Positions 8,630 to 18,193 of a stretch of 64,000 nt of DNA are shown piece by piece. The notes beneath the pieces are model-generated. The model ran no database searches, had not been told where the DNA came from, and saw only the letters and a list, made by a program, of their open reading frames with translations. The DNA lies in the NCBI GenBank assembly GCA_964473025.1, contig CAYYMZ010000002.1:3241-67240 (forward strand), given 5' to 3'. Every line of letters starts with the position of its first letter. Positions within the stretch are counted from its first letter, which is position 1. Made by a program: the position numbers and the translations under genes. The stretch is from an uncultured Candidatus Saccharibacteria bacterium (GTDB lineage Bacteria > Patescibacteriota > UBA1384 > DTJR01).

Positions 8630-11341
8630 TCACTTTCCACAGCATTTTTTATATTTTTTGCCAGAGCCGCAGGGGCAGGGATCATTGCGACCTGCTTTTT
8701 TTACCTCTGATGATGTAGCTTGTGTCTCCACCACCCGGCTCATCTTGTCACTTACCGATCTAACTGTGGTCACAATGTCGTTGGTGGGTTTGGTGTTTTC
8801 CTCTTTTTGTTCAACTGGCAAATCTTGGGGTGCTGGCACAATGTCGGTTGTTTCGTCCTCCACAGTCGCTTCGATGTCTTTTGAACTATCAATAGGAGAT
8901 GCCCCCTTCTCAATCAGTTGAGCGTTTGGCCCGCCAGCCGCTTCGATTGCTTCGGCACCCACCTTCTGGTCTGCCCCATGATATTCCAGCACATTGGTCG
9001 GTTGGGGTGAGGGCGGCGGTGCCACCTGCGCTCCAACAGATTCAAAGTCAACTTTCAAAAGCAGATTTATGGCTTCATCATCAATGGCGTGCAATAGCCG
9101 TTGAAAAAGCGAGAACGACTCTTCCTTATAGGCAATCAGTGGATCTACCTGCGCATAGCCGCGAAGTCCAATTGAATCGCGCAGCTGATCCATAGTATTT
9201 AAGTGTTCCACCCAGAGCTGATCGATTATTGAAAGAAAGACCCGTTTTTCAATATTAAAAAGTGAAGGCAGGGGCACTTTGGAAGTTCTTTTTGTATATT
9301 CTTCCGATTCTTCTTTTGTCAATTTAGACATAACCTCTTCGTGAAAACTTGAGTCGGTGGATACATCAAGATCAAGAATTCTTCTGCGCCTGGAATATAA
9401 AACTTCGCGCTGCTTGTTCATGACATCGTCATACTCAACCAAATGTTTTCTAATATCAAAGTTATGTCCCTCCACGCGGCGCTGCGCTGATTCGATTGAG
9501 CGTGAAATTAATTTATGTTCGATTGGTTGATCTTCAGGCAAGCCAAGCCGTCCCATCATGTTTTTGAGACGCTCTCCCCCGAATATGCGCATTAAATCGT
9601 CTTCCATTGAAATATAAAACTGGCTTTCTCCCGGATCGCCCTGACGCCCTGACCGGCCACGAAGCTGATTGTCGATCCGCCTTGATTCATGTCTTTCGGT
9701 GCCTAAGACAAACAGTCCGCCTGAACCGATAACTTTTTCGCGGTTTACCTCAACCGCCGGATTACCTCCGAGCAAGATATCAACACCGCGACCTGCCATA
9801 TTGGTGGCAACCGTCACGGCCCCTGGCTGTCCGGCTTGGGCAATAATTTTTGCCTCACGTTCGTGCTGTTTTGCATTTAAAACTTCGTACTTGATACCGG
9901 ACCTTTTTAAAAGGCGTGAAACTATTTCTGATTTTGTAACCGAAACCGTTCCAACCAAAACCGGTTGCCCTTTACTATTTAATTCTTTAATTTTTTCAAC
10001 AATTGCCGCATATTTCCCGTCAGCCGTTTTATAGATTTGGTCTTGGTGATCGGAGCGGACCATCGGTTTATTGGTGGGAATTTCAACAACGTCTAATTTA
10101 TAAATCTTGCTAAACTCCTCCGCTTCTGTGGCGGCAGTGCCGGTCATACCTGAAAGTTTTTTATATAAGCGAAAAAGATTTTGAAACGAAATAGTCGCTA
10201 AGGTTTCCGATTCTCTTTTTATTTCCACACCCTCTTTGGCCTCAATCGCCTGATGCAAACCTTCGGAAAACCGGCGGCCGGGCATCATTCTTCCCGTAAA
10301 TTCATCAACAATAATTATCTCGCCGTCTTTTATGATGTAGTCACGGTCCTTTTTAAATAAAACTTCGGCCTTAAGTGCTTCTTCGAGATGGTGAACCAAG
10401 GTGATTGAGGCAGTTTCGTAAATATTTTTTAAGTTCAAAATTTTCTCAACTTCGGACATTCCCTCGTCCGTTAAAGAAACGGCGCGGGCTTTCTCATCTA
10501 CTTCAAAATGAACTTTTTCTTTCAATTCCGGAACGATCCTCGCAAATCTGGCATAAAGTTCGCCCGATTCTTCAGCAGGTGCTGAAATAATAAGCGGAGT
10601 TCTAGCCTCGTCAATTAAGATCGAGTCAACTTCGTCGACAATCGCATAGTGCAAACCCCTTTGGACCAGCTGTGTCTTATCTTGCGCCATGTTATCGCGC
10701 AAATAATCAAATCCGAATTCATTATTTGTGCCATAGGTAATATCTGCCGCATAAGCTTCTGCGCGGCTACACGGCTTTAGATTTTCTTCCTGTACCTCGG
10801 CAGCTAATTGTCCGTCGCTTTCTTCTTTTTTGCCATGCCCTCGCTCAAAAATGTAGCTTACCCCCTGGTTTTGAATGACTCCCACGGTCAAACCGAGACG
10901 GTCATAGATTCTTCCCATCCATTCGCCCTGAAACTTCGCCAAATAGTCGTTTACCGTAATAAGGTGAGCGCCCTTTTTCTCCAGAGCGTTTAAATAAAGA
11001 GGTAGGGTTGCCACTAAGGTCTTACCTTCACCTGTTTTCATTTCAGCAATTTGTCCACGGTGTAAAACCATGCCCCCGACCAGTTGAACATCGAAATGTC
11101 TTTGCCCGATTTCACGTTTGGCTGCTTCGCGTACTGTCGCAAACGCTTGTGTTAAAATGTCGTTAACGCTCTGCCCTTCTTGAAGCGTTTTAATAAACTC
11201 TTGCGTTTTAGTTTTAAGATCTGCGTCCGGCAAACCCTCAAACTTTTTCTCCAGTTCGTTAATTACTAAAACGTCCGGGCGCAAACGAGAAACCTCTCTC
11301 TCGTTTGAAACGCCGAAAATATTTCTAAAGGGATTTTTCAT
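8630..11341 (-). CDS. secA: preprotein translocase ATPase SecA
   Basis: 903 aa with DEAD motor motifs and preprotein cross-linking domain. C-terminal Zn-finger 'CPCGSGKKYKKCCG'. Confidence 0.97.
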   Translation of the reverse strand: MKNPFRNIFGVSNEREVSRLRPDVLVINELEKKFEGLPDADLKTKTQEFIKTLQEGQSVNDILTQAFATVREAAKREIGQRHFDVQLVGGMVLHRGQIAEMKTGEGKTLVATLPLYLNALEKKGAHLITVNDYLAKFQGEWMGRIYDRLGLTVGVIQNQGVSYIFERGHGKKEESDGQLAAEVQEENLKPCSRAEAYAADITYGTNNEFGFDYLRDNMAQDKTQLVQRGLHYAIVDEVDSILIDEARTPLIISAPAEESGELYARFARIVPELKEKVHFEVDEKARAVSLTDEGMSEVEKILNLKNIYETASITLVHHLEEALKAEVLFKKDRDYIIKDGEIIIVDEFTGRMMPGRRFSEGLHQAIEAKEGVEIKRESETLATISFQNLFRLYKKLSGMTGTAATEAEEFSKIYKLDVVEIPTNKPMVRSDHQDQIYKTADGKYAAIVEKIKELNSKGQPVLVGTVSVTKSEIVSRLLKRSGIKYEVLNAKQHEREAKIIAQAGQPGAVTVATNMAGRGVDILLGGNPAVEVNREKVIGSGGLFVLGTERHESRRIDNQLRGRSGRQGDPGESQFYISMEDDLMRIFGGERLKNMMGRLGLPEDQPIEHKLISRSIESAQRRVEGHNFDIRKHLVEYDDVMNKQREVLYSRRRRILDLDVSTDSSFHEEVMSKLTKEESEEYTKRTSKVPLPSLFNIEKRVFLSIIDQLWVEHLNTMDQLRDSIGLRGYAQVDPLIAYKEESFSLFQRLLHAIDDEAINLLLKVDFESVGAQVAPPPSPQPTNVLEYHGADQKVGAEAIEAAGGPNAQLIEKGASPIDSSKDIEATVEDETTDIVPAPQDLPVEQKEENTKPTNDIVTTVRSVSDKMSRVVETQATSSEVKKAGRNDPCPCGSGKKYKKCCGK

Positions 11342-11690
11342 TTTTCCTGTTTGAGAATTTGAAAGACGGTAATTTGATTTTAAACTTGAAACCTTTTTTC
11401 TCCTTAAGGCGCAGGACTATCCTCTCGATTTTATCTCTCGCAGAATCTGAGGCTTCAGTAAAACTGTTTCCAAATGTTTTGGCATAATACGGGCGCTTTG
11501 TTTTGGGACTATCCAGATGGATGAAAATTTCATAGGCCTGGTTGCTTCTCTTGGTGATATGTTCTCTAACCCCAACGGTCAAGACGGCGCTGTTTGGCAG
11601 GCGTTCCTCAAGCCAAAGAAATTTTTTGCGAATATATCTTTTTTGCTCTTCCTGTAGAGTGCCTGAAAGTGATTTAATTTGTAGGATCAT
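11325..11690 (-). CDS. hpf: ribosome hibernation-promoting factor / RaiA (YfiA) family
   Basis: 121 aa with RaiA-like motifs 'ITKRSNQAYEIFIHL...' and an RaiA-like fold pattern. Confidence 0.75.
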   Translation of the reverse strand: MILQIKSLSGTLQEEQKRYIRKKFLWLEERLPNSAVLTVGVREHITKRSNQAYEIFIHLDSPKTKRPYYAKTFGNSFTEASDSARDKIERIVLRLKEKKGFKFKIKLPSFKFSNRKNEKSL

Positions 11691-11693
11691 AAA

Positions 11694-13001
11694 TTATTTC
11701 TTCTTTGGTTTAATTGTGCTAAAACCGCAGAATGGAACTAGAACTTCAGGAATCGTAATTGATCCGTCCTCGTTTTGATTGTTTTCTATGATTGCAATTA
11801 AGATACGCGGACTGGCAATGACCGTGTTGTTGAGAGCATAAACATATTTTTTTTCACCATCTTTGGTTTTATATTTAATATTCAGCCTTCGAGGTTGCCA
11901 ATCGGTTAAATCAGAATCGGAATGTGTTTCGCCATATGCCCCGCGTGCCGCCATCCATGATTCGATGTCATACATTTTTCTTTTTCCCGCGCCCATATCA
12001 CCGGTACAAATTTGCATAACGCGGTGCGGAATCTTTAAGTCCTTTAAAATTTCCTGAGAGAAGCCCCTCATTTTTTCAAGCCATTGGTCTGACTCTTTTT
12101 CATCCGCTTTGCACAAGATGACTTGCTCTACTTTCATAAATTCGTGAATACGATATAAACCCTTGGTATCCTTCCCGTAAGAGCCAACTTCGTTGCGATA
12201 GCATTGTGAGAAGCCGCACACTTTAACCGGCAACTCATCTTCATCTAGTGTTTTGTCTGCATAATAAGCAAGCAACGATGGCTCTGATGTACCCGCCAAA
12301 TAAAGTTTATCCGAAACCTCCTGTCCGCTTTCATTTTTACCGGTATTTGCAAGCTCGTAAATATCATCTCGGCCAAAGGGAAAATGTCCACTGCCAGTCA
12401 AGGTAAATTCGCGCAATATAGTCGGCGTAATCATCGGGGCAAAACCCAAATCGGTCATTTTTTTAAGGGCGTAAAAGAGAATGGAAAGCTGCAAGATAGC
12501 CGCTTCGTTTTTGAGATAATATCCCCTAAAGCCAGATGTCTTGGTGCCTCTTTCTAAATCAAGTAAATCGAGATTGGTACCTAATGCGACATGATCCTTG
12601 ATTTCAAAATCAAATTTTGGTATTTCCCCCCACTTCTCAACCTCTACATTATCAGCTTCAGACGAACCAACCGGACTGTCAAAGGATGGAATATTTGGTA
12701 CCAAAAGATTCAAGGCAAACCACTTTTCCTCGATTTCGCGCAACTTTTTTTGCGCCGCATCCAGGTCGCTTGACAAAACTTTCATTCCAACGAGGGCTTT
12801 TTCCTTATCTTCTGCGTTTAACGATGTAATTTCTTTATTAAAATTGTTTTGTTGCTCACGAAGAGAGTCAACCTCGGCGATTGAGCCGCGACGCTCGTCA
12901 TCGGTTTTTATGAGTTCGTCCAAATCAAGCCCTAACCCTTTTTGATTTATAGCGGTTTTAATCTTGTCTTGATTCTCTCTGATAAAATTTATATCCAGCA
13001 T
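11694..13001 (-). CDS. serS: seryl-tRNA synthetase
   Basis: N-terminal coiled-coil tRNA-binding arm; class II core motifs ('FRGYYL', 'GFSQCYRNE', 'YDIESWM'). Confidence 0.95.
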   Translation of the reverse strand: MLDINFIRENQDKIKTAINQKGLGLDLDELIKTDDERRGSIAEVDSLREQQNNFNKEITSLNAEDKEKALVGMKVLSSDLDAAQKKLREIEEKWFALNLLVPNIPSFDSPVGSSEADNVEVEKWGEIPKFDFEIKDHVALGTNLDLLDLERGTKTSGFRGYYLKNEAAILQLSILFYALKKMTDLGFAPMITPTILREFTLTGSGHFPFGRDDIYELANTGKNESGQEVSDKLYLAGTSEPSLLAYYADKTLDEDELPVKVCGFSQCYRNEVGSYGKDTKGLYRIHEFMKVEQVILCKADEKESDQWLEKMRGFSQEILKDLKIPHRVMQICTGDMGAGKRKMYDIESWMAARGAYGETHSDSDLTDWQPRRLNIKYKTKDGEKKYVYALNNTVIASPRILIAIIENNQNEDGSITIPEVLVPFCGFSTIKPKKK

Positions 13002-13112
13002 AATGTTTCCCCTTATATTTTAAGCCAATTATAACCCGAGAGAAGGAAAAAGTAAACGATAAAAAACTTAAAATCAGAAAAGCGCCTCTACGGCGCCTTT
13101 CTGATTTATTGC

Positions 13113-13577
13113 TTAGTTTATCTTCTCGATTTTTATTTTAAGTTCTCCACCAGGAGTTTTGGCAACCACAGTTTCGCCTGTCTTAGCACCTAAAAGAGCA
13201 ATGCCAATAGGGGATTCGGAAGAAATTTTTCCGCTTGATGGATCTGATTCGGCCGAACCAACGATTTCGTAATTTGCCCTTTCACCTTCAATTGAAACTG
13301 TTACTTCGGAACCCAAACTCACTTCGTTACCGCGATGCCCGTTTGTAACCGTTTCGGCATATTTTAAGATATATTCGATTTCCTGAATTCTACCTTCTAT
13401 AAAGGACTGCTCGTTTCGAGCATCTTCATATTCAGCGTTTTCGCTTAGGTCGCCATAATCTTTTGACCGTCGAATTCGCTCTATTACTTGGGGACGTCTG
13501 TTCTTCTTCATGTCCTCAAGTTCCGCAACCAATTTTTCTCTTCCCGGCTTAGTTAGAGTGATTTTTTTGTCTGCCAT
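13113..13577 (-). CDS. greA: transcription elongation factor GreA
   Basis: 154 aa with N-terminal coiled coil bearing acidic 'DLSENAEYE' and a C-terminal FKBP-like domain. Confidence 0.93.
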   Translation of the reverse strand: MADKKITLTKPGREKLVAELEDMKKNRRPQVIERIRRSKDYGDLSENAEYEDARNEQSFIEGRIQEIEYILKYAETVTNGHRGNEVSLGSEVTVSIEGERANYEIVGSAESDPSSGKISSESPIGIALLGAKTGETVVAKTPGGELKIKIEKIN

Positions 13578-13651
13578 ATTTAAACAAATTTAAATTTTAT
13601 ACAACGAGTAGTATAGCAAACTTTAAATAATAAAATCAAGAGTTAGGCATT

Positions 13652-13697
13652 GCAAGGGTAAGGGGGCCTAGTTTCGAAGCAGCCCCCTTACCCTTGC
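13652..13697 (-). terminator. strong 15-bp-stem hairpin between the mrdA-associated RNA element and greA
   Basis: 'gcaagggtaaggggg...(16-nt loop)...cccccttacccttgc', followed on the minus strand by a U-rich tract. Confidence 0.5.
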
Positions 13698-13774
13698 ACG
13701 AACCCAACCCCCTCACGATTTTCTAGGAGCGTAAAAAGGGTTAAATTCGAAAAATCGCTGCTAGATTATGAGTG

Positions 13775-13925
13775 AGGATGTTTTGCTTTGAGGCCGTCCG
13801 CAAGCGAGCAAGCCTGGTCCCAGCGCCCTTGGTTAAAGGTGTTGGGTTGCGAGCCGAGGTTTGAGCACGTTTTGTCGCTGGACAAAACGATGCGTGCCGA
13901 AAAGCAAAGATATCCGAGCGAACTT
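13775..13925 (-). ncRNA. candidate structured RNA, paralog A (unknown family), directly after the mrdA stop
   Basis: ~150 nt. Its conserved ends match the element at 51490..51630: minus-sense 5' 'UCGGCACGC', 3' 'CGGACGGCCUCAAAGCAAAACA'. The internal hairpin covaries between the copies: 'CGUUUUGUC-CAGC-GACAAAACG' here versus 'CGAUUUUC-CCAGCGU-GAAAAUCG' in B. Confidence 0.35.
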
Positions 13926-15837
13926 ACTTATTCCGATTCTCGGCCCACCAGGAATAAATATCGCGTGCTATAGGGGCGGCATATTCAAAGCCATCGCCTG
14001 CTCCCTCGACGATTACCGTTACGGCAATCTGGGGATTGTCATAAGGGGCAAAAGAGGTAAACCACGCGTGGGTTTTTCCTTCGTTGCCAAATTGCGCCGT
14101 GCCCGTTTTGGCAGCAACGTCAATTGGAAACGACTTTCCAAAAACAGAATAGGCGGAGCCCGACTCTACCGTCTGACGCATTCCTTCACGGACTACCTGC
14201 ATCGTCTCGGACGAATAGATATTATTTTTTATTAAACTGTCAGATTCGGTGAATTCTTTGATTTTATTACCATCCTGATCGAGAATCTGTGTAACCAGAT
14301 GGGGCTTAAAAAGCTTCCCACCGTTTGCAATCGATGAAGTAGCATTGCAAATTTGAAGGGGCGTGACCAGCAAATCTCCCTGCCCGATTGACATATTATA
14401 GGTGTTACCAATGTACCAATTTTCTCCGGTCTTTGACTTTTTCCATTCTTCGGTTGGAATAAAACCTGATTCTTCGGCGCTTAAATCGATTCCCGTCTCA
14501 TTGCCAAAACCGAACTTTTCCAGACCATTTTTAATCCTTTCCGGACCAAGGCCCGTTTGAATCGGCCCCCAACCTCCGCCGATTGCAAAGAAGAAAATAT
14601 TGTTGGATTCGGCAATCGCCCTCCTGACGCCTGTTACCCCATCGTGTTTTTTCCAGTCCGGAAAAGTCCATTGTCCAACCTTAATTGACGCCGGCGTTTC
14701 AAACGCAACCGAAGGGGAAACTACACCGTCTTCAAGTGCGGCCGAGGCAATAAAAGGTTTTATAGTAGATCCAGGTGGATAAGTGCCGGAAGTGGCCCGA
14801 TTAAACATTGGTAGGGATTTATCTTCAGTAATCTGCTTGTACTCATCCTGGCCTAAGCCCGCCGAAAATTTTGTGTTGTCGAAATCAGGCAAACTAACCA
14901 TCGCACGGATCATTCCGTCTCTTGGATCTTCTATAATCACCGTTCCTTGTGTTTTTAAATCGTTTAACTGTGCCTGAAGTATTTCGGTTACCTTAAGCTG
15001 TAAATCTTTATCAATTGAGGTCTTGACCGTATTACCAAGAGCTGGATCTGTTTGCGAGAGCAGCCGCACCAAATGACCATTTGCATCAACTTCCGCCCTT
15101 CTCTGCCCAGGTATTCCTTGCAAATAGTCATCGTACGTTTTTTCCAATCCACTTTTACCATTATATCCCGAAGCTAATAACGACGGTCTGGTACTTGCTT
15201 CTTCTTTTGAAACTTTGCCGACAAAGCCCAAAATATGGCTAAAAGACAGATCCAAATATTGACGACGATAGCTTGGGATAATTTCAAAACCACCATAGGA
15301 AACCAATCTTGACTTCAGGAGAAGCGCCTCGTCTCTATTGATATCGTCCTTGAGAACGGAGTAATCCGTTGCGTCAGTATTCGACTTAATTTTATCCCTC
15401 ACTTCGTCTTTAGACATTTGGACAATTTTAAATATTTTAGGATTTACCTGATCCAAACTTTTGAGTTTGTCCGTCTGGACGACGAGCTGATAGACCGTTG
15501 AATTGACGACCAGTGGGTTACCGTCCACGTCGGTGATTATCCCTCTTGGAGCGGCTATCGGGGTCGAGCGCAAACGGTTTCCTTCGGCGAGACGCAGGTT
15601 TACAAAACCCTCCTGAACCTGCAGTGTAAACAGCCTAATCGCCAAAAATAGGCAAAGCAAGACCGAGATAATAATTGGATAGTTTACTCCAACGGGTTTT
15701 TCCTTCGAAAAGATTTCGTCGCCGTGCGCTTCACGATCAAAATATGAGTGTTCACCCAACTTGTCAGATATTTTGCCTCGTACATCGTGGGATAAAAAAA
15801 CACCCTCACGCTTAGAATCCTTTTGATCTCTCTTCAT
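13924..15837 (-). CDS. mrdA: penicillin-binding protein 2 (elongasome transpeptidase)
   Basis: N-terminal TM and dimerisation domain; transpeptidase motifs 'STIKPF', 'SNN', 'KTGTAQ'. Adjacent to mreD/mreC/mreB. Confidence 0.88.
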   Translation of the reverse strand: MKRDQKDSKREGVFLSHDVRGKISDKLGEHSYFDREAHGDEIFSKEKPVGVNYPIIISVLLCLFLAIRLFTLQVQEGFVNLRLAEGNRLRSTPIAAPRGIITDVDGNPLVVNSTVYQLVVQTDKLKSLDQVNPKIFKIVQMSKDEVRDKIKSNTDATDYSVLKDDINRDEALLLKSRLVSYGGFEIIPSYRRQYLDLSFSHILGFVGKVSKEEASTRPSLLASGYNGKSGLEKTYDDYLQGIPGQRRAEVDANGHLVRLLSQTDPALGNTVKTSIDKDLQLKVTEILQAQLNDLKTQGTVIIEDPRDGMIRAMVSLPDFDNTKFSAGLGQDEYKQITEDKSLPMFNRATSGTYPPGSTIKPFIASAALEDGVVSPSVAFETPASIKVGQWTFPDWKKHDGVTGVRRAIAESNNIFFFAIGGGWGPIQTGLGPERIKNGLEKFGFGNETGIDLSAEESGFIPTEEWKKSKTGENWYIGNTYNMSIGQGDLLVTPLQICNATSSIANGGKLFKPHLVTQILDQDGNKIKEFTESDSLIKNNIYSSETMQVVREGMRQTVESGSAYSVFGKSFPIDVAAKTGTAQFGNEGKTHAWFTSFAPYDNPQIAVTVIVEGAGDGFEYAAPIARDIYSWWAENRNK

Positions 15838-16306
15838 ATTGAGTAATCTTCCATTTATTTTTAATCAAAATCCAGAGCCCAAAAACAATCAAACAGAGCA
15901 GTGCGTTTGATAAAAAATTATACAAACCGCTTAAGCTGAAAAAACTTTCACCAAAGACTGAAAACTGGATTGCAACTCTCAGAAGGCAGATTACGATCAA
16001 CCCGAGAAGGGCAGACAGGCCGTGGCTAAAATCAATAAATTTCCTCTGGATTAAAGTGACCGTGACAACGGTTAGTGCTAAAAAAAGCGTCCAGAATGGA
16101 AATCTTTCAAGAGTTGATATATCGAGAATGAAACCGGAAGCCAGGGCCAAGACCAAGCTTTCCTCAAAGCGAAAATTTAAGGTGATAATAAAAATTAAAG
16201 CCAATACAAGCGATAGATTCATATCTTGAAAGAATCTACTAAAAACACCGATTTCAAATAGAATGGCGAAAATTAAAACTAAAATAACGAAATAAATTTT
16301 ACTCAT
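15812..16306 (-). CDS. mreD: rod shape-determining protein MreD
   Basis: 164-aa polytopic membrane protein between mrdA and mreC. Confidence 0.6.
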   Translation of the reverse strand: MSKIYFVILVLIFAILFEIGVFSRFFQDMNLSLVLALIFIITLNFRFEESLVLALASGFILDISTLERFPFWTLFLALTVVTVTLIQRKFIDFSHGLSALLGLIVICLLRVAIQFSVFGESFFSLSGLYNFLSNALLCLIVFGLWILIKNKWKITQYEERSKGF

Positions 16307-17076
16307 CTTATAATACTGACTACCTCAAGGGTTGAGATCTCGATCGGAGAATTAATCTTGACTGATTGGAATAAATTATTTTTTTCTTTTAGAACTTCTT
16401 GGGTCTCACCGATCAGGATGCCGGGTGGCAAATCACCTCCAAGAGCACTAGTCAAAACCCTGTCTTTTGTTTTAACTTGGGTAGTAGCGGGAATCTCAGT
16501 TAAAGACAAACCCCGTAAACCACCCTGGACTAAGCCGGTTTCTCTGCTTTTTTCCAAAACCGCCGGAATCAAACTGCTGTGGGAAAAAATCAAATGAATC
16601 TCGCTTTGGGCCTGGTCCACTTTCTTAACTTGCCCAATTAAATAACCAGAAGAGAGAACCGCCGCACCTTCTTTGATGCCGTCTTTCAAACCAAGGTTAA
16701 CTACAATATCTTGATTAAAAGAACCGGGTGTACGCCCGACAATCTTGCCTTGAATTAAATTAAAATTATTCAAACGGGAAAGATTGACTTCTGAATTTAT
16801 GGCAGAGCAAAGGTGTACATTCTCTGTTAAACGGGCGGCTTCTGCATTAAGAGATTTATTATCGTTTTCCAAGCGTCTATTTTCCCGGTCAAGGTTTGCC
16901 ATTTTGTATAAAAAGCGAAAAGGAGAAGCTACTATATTAAACCCGTCGGAAACCTTTTCGGACGCGGGTAATATTACCCTCTTTGCCACAAACCAAAAAG
17001 GCAGAGGCCATATTTCGTACATGATGACCAGCAGGATAACTGCTAAAAATGCTCTGAAAGTGATTTTTTTACCCAT
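16303..17076 (-). CDS. mreC: rod shape-determining protein MreC
   Basis: N-terminal TM, coiled coil, and C-terminal beta domains with 'LVQGG' motifs. Follows mreB. Confidence 0.8.
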   Translation of the reverse strand: MGKKITFRAFLAVILLVIMYEIWPLPFWFVAKRVILPASEKVSDGFNIVASPFRFLYKMANLDRENRRLENDNKSLNAEAARLTENVHLCSAINSEVNLSRLNNFNLIQGKIVGRTPGSFNQDIVVNLGLKDGIKEGAAVLSSGYLIGQVKKVDQAQSEIHLIFSHSSLIPAVLEKSRETGLVQGGLRGLSLTEIPATTQVKTKDRVLTSALGGDLPPGILIGETQEVLKEKNNLFQSVKINSPIEISTLEVVSIIR

Positions 17077-17081
17077 ATAAT

Positions 17082-18125
17082 TTATGAGCCAAGAGTGCTT
17101 GGAACTAATACCTCCTTCAAATTATCAAGATCTTCGATGACAACGCCGGTACCCCTCACAACACAGGTCAATGGATCGTCAGCAATATGAACTTTTGTTT
17201 GCGTCTCTTGCGCAATGATCTTATTTAAACCGGCCAAAAGGGCTCCGCCTCCAGCTAAACATATTCCTCTATCTATAATGTCTGCGACCAGCTCCGGCGG
17301 GGCTTCCTCGATTGTGTCTTTAACGGAATTGACAATAGCCCTAACCGACTTAGAAATTGCATTTCTAACCGCCTCGTCGTCAATAATAATTTCCCGAGGT
17401 AAACCGGTAACCAAATCACGTCCGCGCATCGGGTAGGTCTTCTTCTCGCCAACAGCAACAGCGGAACCAATAGCAATTTTTATTTCTTCGGCTGTTTTCA
17501 GGCCCAGCGAAAGATTAAATTGATCCCGCGCAAAATTAACAATGTCTTCATTCATTTCGTCGCCGGCAATTCTAAGAGAGCGCGATGCAACAACACCGCC
17601 CAGCGAGATTACCGCTACTTCAGTTGTGCCACCACCTATATCAACAATTAAGTTGCCCGATGCATCTTGAATCGGAATTCTGGCGCCAATTGCTGCCGCT
17701 AATGGTTCTTCGATAAGATACACTTCCCGCGCACCGGCGGAAATTGCCGCTTCCTCAACTGCCCTTCTTTCAACCTCCGTTACGCCATAAGGAACCCCGA
17801 TTACAACTCTTGGCCTCGGCGATAAGGTAAGGCGCTGTTTCTGGGTCTTTTGAATAAAATATCTCAGCATTTGTTCTGTGACTTCGAAATCGGAGATTAC
17901 CCCATCCGATAATGGTCTGATTGCAACAATGTAAGAGGGTGTGCGCCCAACCATCATCTTTGCTTCTTCGCCAATCGAGAGCACTTCCTTGGTTTTTTGG
18001 TTTATGGCAACGACTGATGGCTCGTTTAAGACCACTCCCTTGCCTTTAACGTAAACCAAAGTATTGGCCGTGCCGAGATCGATGCCAATATCCTGAGAAA
18101 AAACGCCTAAAATTCTTTCAAACAT
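17082..18125 (-). CDS. mreB: actin-like rod shape protein MreB
   Basis: 'GIDLGTANTLVY', 'VIGVPYGVTEVERRA', 'DIGGGTTEVAV'. 347 aa. Confidence 0.95.
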   Translation of the reverse strand: MFERILGVFSQDIGIDLGTANTLVYVKGKGVVLNEPSVVAINQKTKEVLSIGEEAKMMVGRTPSYIVAIRPLSDGVISDFEVTEQMLRYFIQKTQKQRLTLSPRPRVVIGVPYGVTEVERRAVEEAAISAGAREVYLIEEPLAAAIGARIPIQDASGNLIVDIGGGTTEVAVISLGGVVASRSLRIAGDEMNEDIVNFARDQFNLSLGLKTAEEIKIAIGSAVAVGEKKTYPMRGRDLVTGLPREIIIDDEAVRNAISKSVRAIVNSVKDTIEEAPPELVADIIDRGICLAGGGALLAGLNKIIAQETQTKVHIADDPLTCVVRGTGVVIEDLDNLKEVLVPSTLGS

Positions 18126-18193
18126 AATTTAAAGTAAGTTACAGCAGATTGTATTCTAACGAGAGCCCAATAAGAAGTCAAATCGGGGAGGTC

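Noticed and set aside
13775-13925. Identity of the paralogous RNA candidates as RNase P RNA, SRP RNA, tmRNA, 6S RNA or c-di-AMP (ydaO) riboswitch
   Set aside because: They are too short for RNase P. The SRP domain IV 'GGUCCGGAAGGAAGCAGCC'-type motif is absent. No tRNA-like CCA end or resume-codon region exists for tmRNA. No ydaO-type conserved blocks are present. The 6S case is not excluded, but there is no obvious long closing stem.
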